From positions 92,816,001 to 92,880,000 of the forward strand of contig NC_045697.1 of NCBI RefSeq assembly GCF_009834535.1: 64,000 nucleotides of DNA, in the 5' to 3' direction. Positions 55,130 to 64,000 of this stretch are shown piece after piece. The first letter of the stretch is position 1. Every line of letters begins with the position of its first letter. Source of the stretch: Camelus ferus (Eukaryota). Below the pieces are notes generated by a model. That model made no database searches and was not told the origin of the DNA. It was given only the letters and a program-made list of their open reading frames with translations. A program made the translations under genes and the position numbers.

Positions 55130-58100
55130 ATCAAGATAAAAGTGTACTAGAACATTCCTGGCAGGGGAAGTAAGTGTGTCCTGGTTAGAACAGTGAGTTT
55201 GGGATTGGGATCCTTTCCGTAACTCAGTGAGATGGATGGAAACTCAGGGTGAGTGTGGCCAAGAACATATGTTTCCCTTTCCCCCAACTTCCCAGTCTAG
55301 GGTTATGGTTTCTCACAGCAAGGGACAGGATACCAGAATTTCTCATTTTTCCAATCATTTCTGTGTTGCAGGAGCTCTATTTGAGGCAAGTGTGACTTAA
55401 GAAGTCTGGGACTTCTTCTACCCAGCCCCAATTTCCATGGAGGAATTTCTACCAAAAGCATGGCATGCCAAAAACACGGGGCCTGGATCGCTTTCTACAG
55501 CTTGCTCACGGGATGAAGAAGCCATACCAGGTGAGGTAAACTAAGACTACCAGAACCCACTGTGCCTGCTCAGCACCTCCTCATAGACCAAGAGTATCGC
55601 TCAGAGAGAAAGCTGGCATCTGCCTCCACCTCAGCCCTAGAGCGGCAGTGCTCTTCCCAGATTGCTCCAGCAGCTCTCCCTGAAAGGGGCTGATTTTATT
55701 TGGTACACAGTGTAGAGAAGTTCAAGCCAAAAAGTACTGTCAAAAACAATGGAGATTTGGTGGTGAAAAATTAAGAGGAGGCTGGTGGCTCTATAATAAC
55801 AACAAGCAAAACAAGTAGAAGCAGTAGAAATTTAAGATGTAGAGTTGTAATATTTTGACAATAATAGCACAAAGGAGACAGGTAGGGAAAAAGCTATATC
55901 GGTGTAAGGAAATGGCAATAGATGATAACCGAAAAAAACACAGGAAGCAATGAAGAGAACCAGGAATTAAAAATAAGAAGGTTGATATAATACTCTAAAT
56001 ATGTACTTGCTCTCCTTCTCTGAGCTTCTTTGAAAGACATAAAATTACATAATGCAATACTTATACAAACATATTATTGAATTTGTAATATCTACATATA
56101 TAATATGCACAACAGTAATAGCACAGAGAAAAGGGAACGATAAATAGAGCTATACTGAAAAGAACATCTCTGTATCTCATTGGAATTAAGTTAGTATAAT
56201 TCTGAAGTAGATTCTATTAGGTTCAGATACATATTGTAAGCCCTGGAGCAACCTCTAAAAAGTCTAGATTGGAAAGGAATAAATAAAACTACGTCTACCT
56301 GCAGATCTTGTATTTACATGATCTTGTATTTTTAAAAAAATCTAAGGAGTTTACTTTAAAATCTGTAACAACTAACCAATGAGTTCAGCAAGATTTCAGG
56401 CTAGATGATAAATATAAAAACAATTACATTTTTTTACAATTGCAGTGAAAAATCTGAAAATGGAATTAATTCTTTTTACATTACAGTAGCATCAATAATA
56501 ATAAAATAAAAATTAACTTAACCAAAGAAGTGCAAGACTTGTACACTGAAAACCAAAAAAATATTGTTGAAAGAAGTGAAGAAAGACCTAAATATATGGA
56601 AAGATATTTTGTGTTCATGTGACAGAGAGCTTAATATTAGTCAGGTGGCAGTACTGCCCAAATTTGTATACAGATTCAGCAGAAGCTTTATCAAAAATCC
56701 CAGGTAGCTTTTTAAAAAATAATCTGACAAATTGATTAAAAAAATTAATATGGAACTGAGAGGAACTCATGTCAGCCAAACCAGATTTGAAAGAAAAAGT
56801 TGGAGCCCTCACATTTCCTGATTTCAAAACTTAGTAAAAAGCTACAATAATGAAGATAGTGTGGTAGTGGTGTAAGAATAAACATATAGATTTATGGCAA
56901 ATAATTTGGAGACCAGAAATAAAACCCTTATAGTTATCATTGATTAATTCTTTAAAAGGATGTCAAGATAATCCAAGGGGGAAATAGTAGTCTTTTCAAC
57001 AAACGGTTTTGAGACAAATGGATACTCATATCCAAAACTATATATAAAAAAATTAACTCACCATGAATCATAGATCTAAATTAAGAAGAAAAAAACTAAA
57101 ATTCTTACAAGTAAATATAGGAGTAAATTTTTGTGACCTGGGATTAGGTAAAACTTTTATAGATAGTGCATCAAAAAAGCACAGGTCACAACAAATTGAT
57201 AAATTGTAATTCATTAAAATTAAAAACTTTTGAGTTGCAAACAATACCATAAAATAAATACTTAGAATGGGAGTTAATATTTACAAATTATTTATCTGAT
57301 AAAGGACCCCTATCTAGATTATATAAAGAGCTCTTACAACTCAATAATAAAAAAGGCAAAAAAATTTTTTAAATGGACATAAGATTTGAAAAGGTATTTT
57401 CCTAAAGATATATACATGGCCAGTAAACACATAAAAATACACTCAAAATCACTGTTTGCTAGTAAGATATACATCAAATTCACAGTAAAATTCCTTTCAC
57501 ATCCACTAACATACCTATAATCAAAAAGACAAACAATAACAAGTGTTGACAAGAATATGGAAAAATTGGAAGTCTTATAAATTGCTGATAGGAATGTAAA
57601 ATGTAACAGCACCTTTGAAAAGTAGTTTGACAGTGTTTCATAAAGTTAAACAGAGAATTCTTGTGTAACTCAGTAATTCTTTTATGAAGCATATATTCAT
57701 GAGAAATTAAAACATATATTCACACAGAAACACATAAACTAATTTTCATTGCAGCATTATTCATAATACCCAGAAAGTAGAAATTACCCTGATTTCCACC
57801 AACCAACAGCATATGAGAGTACATGCATAAAATAGAACATTATTCTGTGTTCACAAGGCAAGCAGTGCAGATACATGCTACAACATACGTGAAACTTAAA
57901 AATTTATGGCCAGTGAAAGACACCTCGGAAGTCCACATGTTGTACGATTCAGTTTATAGAAACAGAAAGTAGATTAGTGGTCACCCATGGCTGGGCTATT
58001 CTGAAGGAACGGGGAGTGACTGCTGATTGGTAAGTGGTTTCTTTTTGAGGTAATAAAAATGTTCTAAAGTTAACTGTGGCAATGGCTACAGAACTGTGTT

Positions 58101-58136
58101 AACATGCTAAAACCCACTGCATTTACATTTTAAAAA
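55130..58136 (+). mobile_element. L1MB-type element, internally deleted (5' UTR-like part, inter-ORF part, ORF2 3' half, 3' UTR)
   Basis: ORF2 motifs aatgagttcagcaag, gtgcaagacttgtacactgaaaac, tcttttcaacaaacgg, and 3' UTR gtagattagtgg...gagtgactgct...aaaatgttctaaa. Confidence 0.85.
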
Positions 58137-58149
58137 GTGAGAAAGAGGG

Positions 58150-59280
58150 AAATGAGTGAATTTAGTAAATCTTATGTAGCAGAAACATACTAACTCATAT
58201 GAAAGAGATAGTCTTAGACCTAAAGGTTGTAGCAAAAATCAAGAGAAATGGGCTAACATTATCAATACTTTGCACACAGAAGCACAGCATGGACTGTGGA
58301 CTGCTTGTGAGTTTTGAGGGACAGGGAAAAGGAAAACTGCTCCAAAGCTTTTGGTGAAAGGTGCCAATGACTAAGATGGAGGACGAGGAATGTGAGATAC
58401 CAGTAGTGGATGACTATAGGACTGGAGTTAACAAAGGGCTGGACGGAGTATAAGTACTTGTATATTAGGTTATATACAGGTTGTATACAAAGCTTCCGAG
58501 GTGGCTGCAAACATCGTGAAAGAAACAGTATTGAGAAAGAAAGTTAAGTAGTCATAGTAGCAAACCCTGTGGAACGTCAACGTTCTTAAGGGTAGAGAAA
58601 GTGAAGTTGGTCAAAGAAACTGAAGACCAACCACAGAGGTAGAACAGCAGCAACAACAAAAAAGAAATTTATTTTCAGATACTTAGAGGATACTGTAAGA
58701 AGGAGAGAGTATCCATCTATTTTTAAATGCTACACCATTAAAGTAAGATGGCAACTCACAAGAACCCGTTTGATTAAACAATAGAGAAGTCACAGCAGAA
58801 TTTGAACGAGCAGTTTCAGTAGGGGTATATGCCAGACTGGTGTAAGTTAAAAAGTGAATAAAACATGAAAAAATGAAGTTGTTGACTGCAATGGTTCCTT
58901 TAAAGAAATTAGATGTAAATATGGACCAAGAGAGCAGCAATTTCGGGGAAGTTCTATCAAAGAAGCATATTTAAAAAGAAAAAAATAAAGAAGCTACCAG
59001 AATATGTATAAATAGTGTTGGATACAATCTAGCCAGAGGAGGTAGCAGAAAGGTTAATGGCAGTGAGGTGGCAGGAAGAGATGGCACGCTGAACACATGA
59101 AGGATACCTGACATAGACAGAGAGATGTGGCTTCCATTTTAAGAGGTTTTAAGGAGAGGATGAGGAAGCACAGATGATTTTTAGTTCCACATAATGGCTT
59201 CTATTTTTATTTTCTTAAAAAAAATTGAGATGAAAAAGATGATGAGGAGAAGAGTAACTTGAGATATTACGCATCATAGA
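58150..59280 (-). mobile_element. L2 fragment (antisense)
   Basis: aaccctgtggaacgtcaacgtt...agaaactgaaga...ttaaatgctac...gagcagtttcagtagg...gccagactgg...taatggcttctatttt. Confidence 0.65.
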
Positions 59281-59399
59281 AACATGATCATTGTTGTCTT
59301 TATTCTCATTAAAACAAACAAAACAAAACACTGTTTCCCTTTATTTTTTATATTACCCATTCTCTGTTTTCAGTTTTATGACTGGTTCTGCAGGAGAAA

Positions 59400-60190
59400 A
59401 AAAATAGTCTATTCCTCCAGTTTTCATGTCATCTTTACCTCCTTTTTATTCCTCAGCCCACTGTCATGGAATCTCATCACTCCATGTAAATTGGACTTAG
59501 GTGACCAAAGATCTCATACCCTGATTAATCTCTTCATCTTTGACTTCTCTGCAACGCCAAGAACTTTATTGAACCTCTTGCCTTTCTCAGTTTCTCTAAC
59601 TCAGCTCTACCTGTTTGTCTGTCTTGCTGCTGACCTACGTTCGATCTGTGCAGCTTTTATATTCCATCAAGGTTCCCTAGCATTTTGTCCTCTGCTTTCT
59701 TTTCTTCTCTCCATTCCCTTTCCTAAACATTTTGTCAGTACCTTTGGCCTCACCTACAATCTGTATAATAATTGGCATAAATTCATTTCCAGACTACAGA
59801 ATTTTTCAACTCAAGCAACAAATTATCAGTATTCTTCTTTAGAAATTCCACTTGAAATACCTTTGGAACCCAGTTGGTCAAAATGTGAAGTCTTCATCTG
59901 TCTGTCCCTGTGTGGGTTTTCTTCTGCTCCTACATGCCCAATTGTGGTGATGTGGAGAGAGAGACCTGTGCAGTAAGCATGAGCTCCATGAACATACTGC
60001 TCTTCTATCTATTCATCCCTCCTGTTCATCATCATAACCCATCTGTTCCGCTTCCAGAACAGTTTTAGTGTTTCCTCCATCTCTCTTGTAAACTCTGCCC
60101 TTGTTTTCTTCATCCATTGTTGAACTACTTACCCTCCCTACCACTAGCCACACCTATATCCAATGACTTAAAAGACATTTAGAGTGGTCC
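59400..60190 (+). mobile_element. L2 fragment (sense)
   Basis: cctcagcccactg...ggtgaccaaagatctc...catctttgacttctctgca...ccatcaaggttcc...aaattcatttccag. Confidence 0.65.
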
Positions 60191-60204
60191 GTCTTCAAAA
60201 TTAA

Positions 60205-60367
60205 GTCAGGAAATAGGAGTTCTGGATCCATTTCTCATACTCCGAAGCACTGTAGACACAGGAAGTTCACTTAAACCCTCCAGGTGTCAAGTTTCTCCTT
60301 GCTGAGAATGTGTTGAGTTTATCAGGATGATAGTTAAGGTTCAGTTTTAACGAATTATGATTCTATA
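60205..60367 (+). mobile_element. MIR3-like
   Basis: aagttcacttaaaccctc...agtttctcc...gatgatagttaaggttc...attatgattctat. Confidence 0.6.
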
Positions 60368-61177
60368 ACTGCTATATTTCCATTCATAATTCTGAAATAG
60401 AATGATGATGGTTTTTGATTTAACATACTTTTAGTTCTGATTTTCACTATAATCAAAACATAAAAGCCTTAAATATTATTGTTAATAAGATTAGTTACAG
60501 AAAATATTGCAGATGGAACTGAGATAGGAGGAGACTGACTTTTCTCCTAGAAAAGAGATTCATGAATCCTAAGAGACAGGATGGAGATTTAAAATTTGAA
60601 AGAGGGCTTTTAAAGCTTGTGTGGATAAATTATCAGAGTGATACATTTTAGAGTTTACTGAACAGACTGAACTTCAGCTTGTGTGTGCATATATAGAGTA
60701 AAGCTCTTTATTCTACACTCCAGTAATTCTAATTTATTCATGATTTACAAAAAGTTCATTTGAACTAGACTTAAATTGCTTTGTTTAACAAATTTTTCTT
60801 GTAGTGTATATTTTTAAACAATGATATTAACAAGCCAGAAGGAAAAATGTGTTAATTTCATTTGACAGATAATTTTGGACACTTACCAAGTACCGAGCTT
60901 GACAGAAATCATGTTTAACACCAACTCCTGTTTGTAGGAAGGTTACTGAGTATCTAGGAATAGAGACAAAAAAAAAAAAAAAAAGAGCTGTGAGACTGCT
61001 TTGTTTTTTTAATTGTACAATCATTGCAACTAATAAATTCTTAAGAAAAAGTAATAATTAAATTTGGCCTGAGAATACAGGATAGACTTCCAAAGAGAAT
61101 GCTAGACTAGAAATGCAGTTTCCATAATGGCAGTAATATCAATGAAAAGACTGCATGATGTTTGTACTGTACATTAT

Positions 61178-61445
61178 ATTTTTTTCATTGAAGTATAGTT
61201 GATGTTCAATGTTGTGTTAGTCTAGGTCCATCCATGTTGCTGCAAGTGGCATCATTATGTTCTTTTTTATGGCTGAGTAGCATACCAGATCTTCTTTATC
61301 CAGTCATCTGTTGATGGACATTATGTTGCTTCCTCATCTTGACTATTGTAAATAGTGCTGCTGTGAACATTGGGATGCATGTATATTTTCAAATTAGAGT
61401 TTCCTCTGGAGATATGCCCAGGAGTGGGATTGCTAGATCACATTA
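61178..61445 (-). mobile_element. Short cetartiodactyl L1 with internal deletion and TSD
   Basis: ttgaagtatagttgatgttcaatgttgtgttagt|ctaggtccatccatgttgctgc...ggagtgggattgctagatca. TSD core tgtacatta at 61168-61176 / 61446-61454. Confidence 0.9.
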
Positions 61446-61679
61446 TGTACATTACAATTTTTAATACCACATTGCAGACAGCATTTGATTTGATCCCCAT
61501 AGTAATTTTGTGAAAACAATATATAAAATGCTGTTATACTTTCTTAATAGATGAGAAATTAAGAATTGGAAGAGATAATATAATTTGATTATAAGAACTG
61601 TGAACAGGTTTGAAATGTAGTTCTTCAGTGACTGGACTTTATTGCCTGTTGGATAAAGAGCACTGGATGGGAATGGTTT

Positions 61680-61755
61680 AAAAAAAAAAAAAAAAAAAGG
61701 AGGAGGAGAAGGAGGAGGAAGAAAGAAAAAAAGAAAAGAAAAAGAAAAAAAAGAT
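61680..61755. repeat. Homopurine A/G-rich simple repeat
   Basis: A-run, (gga)n, then (aaaag)n. Confidence 0.85.
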
Positions 61756-62379
61756 AAGTTAATGTTTCTTAAGGACATGGATGCCTTAAGCAATTTTCAA
61801 TGCTGTTGTTAAACAACAGACTACCACCCCAAATTCATATTATAGAGTATACACTCAAGGAATGTAATTTGCCAAAGTTAATTGACACTTTTTTTTTTCA
61901 GGTTTTATTCTAAGGCCTAAGTGTTGCCACTAGAAATGCTAAGATTTAGGTAGATTTAAGGGAATAAAAATCAATGATTGAATGACTGAAGTAATATGCG
62001 GAGGGTAAAATTTCTTTATTTGGAGAGCAATATATAAGGCTATATGAGACGAAGTGTTGATACTAACAAAATATAGTTTGAAAGAGAGATAAGAATCACA
62101 CTTTAAGCCTTTGAATTTCAGCTAATGCACTTGTACTCCATATTTTATTTCAGGAGAAGCAACAAAATATTTTGTGCAAAGGAATTGCAAGGCCTTATGT
62201 TTTCAGTAATCACAAGGCAAAAGCTAGATGTGGATGATAAGTATGTCCATCCACATGAGAGCTTAAGAATAAATTATCTCAAGATAGGAGCCCCAGAAAG
62301 GTTCACAGTTACCAAAAATTCTATTTCTTACCCTTCCTTGCAGTTAGCCAAGACAGTATTACTAATTCTGGGCAACAAG

Positions 62380-62665
62380 CTGGGAGGGGAAGTAATGTGA
62401 GCCACTTCCAAGCTAGGCTGGTGCTCCTCTGGTCTCTCTTACATTGCCTTGGTGAGATATGCCCATTTGTTCCAGATAAATATTTTAATTCCAAGATATT
62501 TTGTACTTCATTCTTGAGTGACTGTATGAAGCAGAGAATCCTCCTGCCGCTGCAACAGAACTGCAGGGGACAAGAGTCTGAGGGTGTGTCTAACTTTGGG
62601 TTTAAGTTGCTCGAGAATTTGACAGTTTATACTAATGCAGCATAATCTAGCCTATAGTCAACAAT
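62380..62665 (+). mobile_element. MaLR LTR (MLT1J/K-like)
   Basis: gaagtaatgtgagccacttcc...gagtgactgtatgaagcagag...gcagcataatctagccta. Confidence 0.6.
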
Positions 62666-64000
62666 GAAATTGACATCAGAAGTGAAATGATTCTTTAAGG
62701 GGGAAAAAAAAACTAAAATATGTTAGCAGGGTGAGAAAATTGATGCCAAAGGCTAACAAACCATGATCTGTGGTGGCAAAATATTTGGAAAAATTGTCAA
62801 CTGAAATTAAATGGATACAAGGTAACTTGCTAATGAACTTAGAGTGTTATGAGAAAAGATGAGAATACAAAATCTTTTAAACATGTGTTGGTATCGATTG
62901 GCTACATTTGCCAGGGTAGTGAAAGAAAAAAGCTCAGGAAAAAAAAATGTTACAGTTTGAAAGCAAATAGAGAGGAAATATAGAGTTTCTAGAAAATTTT
63001 TGCCTTTCAGTGTTAAAAAAAACCAACCACTGCTCAAGTCAGAAGAACAGAAAATAAAATTGGGAGAGAATGTGAATGGCAAATCCTAAATGTCTTTCAA
63101 ATGGTTAAGTTGCACCAGGAATAGAAAAAGAACATAATGTATGATTCCCAGTGAGATATTTCAATCTAATGACTTAGAACAAAGATCAGATCAAGGATGT
63201 GGCATTCCCATCAAAGTCAGTACACAAGCTGTCCAATATTAAGTTGAGAAGAAAGGTGGATAGGGACTAGGGAGTAGAGTGTACAAAACAAAACAAAACA
63301 AAACAAACAAAAAAATTAACTTTAACATATCTTGAAAAATGTTTATTAAATTTTAGAAAACTATGTTCTGACAAAAATGACAAGAGTCGTTTCTAAAAAC
63401 TACTCTCAATGTTTAAGACAAGAGCTGTGCTTTGGCCCCCAAATGTCTACACACAGGTAATAAACTGAGAAAGATGCACAGCCTACCAGGAGAATCTGCT
63501 CTCCTAGAGTCAGGATGAGGGACCTGGAAGAATCTCTCCGAGGGCAGCAAAAGAGCCACAGGAATAATGAACAAGAGAAATCTTTCCAGGGAGTGAAGTC
63601 AGGAGTTCCAAGCGAAACAAGGAGTAAGGAGTCTTTCATTGTCTACCCAGCAGAATTTTATAGCTGCTCTAGAGCAGCCACTGTTACATTTCCCAGTTTT
63701 TTGAATATGAATTATTATTGAAGTTTTCCTTTTTCTGTTTCACGGCTGTATTGTGGATGTATGTTGGGGTCAGGTAACTAAAATCTCTTTTGTACTCTTT
63801 TTGAGAGGTTATATTCTGACCATATCACTGGATGTAGTGACTGGACAGAACAGTGACTATGTTCTGACCCAAACAATTTCTACATGCAGGTAATGAGCTG
63901 AGAAAAATGCACAGCCTCCAAGAAGAACATTTTATCCTACGCCTATTTCATATGTGGCCAAGTAGGATAAGGGAAATGGAAGAATCTCTCGGAGAGTTAA
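62666..64000 (+). mobile_element. MaLR internal region (MLT1-int-like), runs off window
   Basis: PBS-position motif aaattgacatcagaagtg, then gtggtggcaaaatatttggaaaaattgtc and an A-rich MaLR-int-like sequence with an internal direct repeat. Confidence 0.6.

Noticed and set aside
59284..59976. Longest ORF (230 aa)
   Set aside because: Overlaps a pyrimidine-rich decayed L2. F/L/S-biased composition with no recognisable domain.
58150..60190. Adjacent L2 fragments in opposite orientation as a possible dsRNA or miRNA source
   Set aside because: Both are heavily diverged and I saw no extended complementarity.
1..64000. CRISPR array, operon, intact transposase/RT or other novel system
   Set aside because: No regularly spaced repeats, no long intact ORFs and no prokaryote-like segment. 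Content is explained by fossil mammalian repeats and AT-rich unique DNA.

Overview
AT-rich, CpG-depleted mammalian genomic DNA (intergenic or deep intronic). It is most likely from a camelid: there is a Vic-1-type tRNA-Ala-derived SINE plus cetartiodactyl-type L1 3' ends. I can support no protein-coding gene, RNA gene, CpG island or CRISPR array. The ORF track is made of chance ORFs plus decayed L1 ORF2, ERVL pol and L2 remnants. The window is a mosaic of fossil transposable elements: L1 of several ages, L2, MIR, MaLR/MLT and ERVL LTR and internal remnants, one ERV1-type solo LTR and small hAT-like elements. Repeat families were assigned by eye from remembered consensus motifs, so subfamily names and many boundaries are approximate. 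I found no convincing new biological system. The most notable unexplained structures are a perfect 25-bp inverted repeat at 7981/8423, a cluster of three adjacent hairpins at 20289-20384, a 5'-inverted L1, two internally deleted L1 copies and a well-formed candidate minus-strand exon at 60887-60953.
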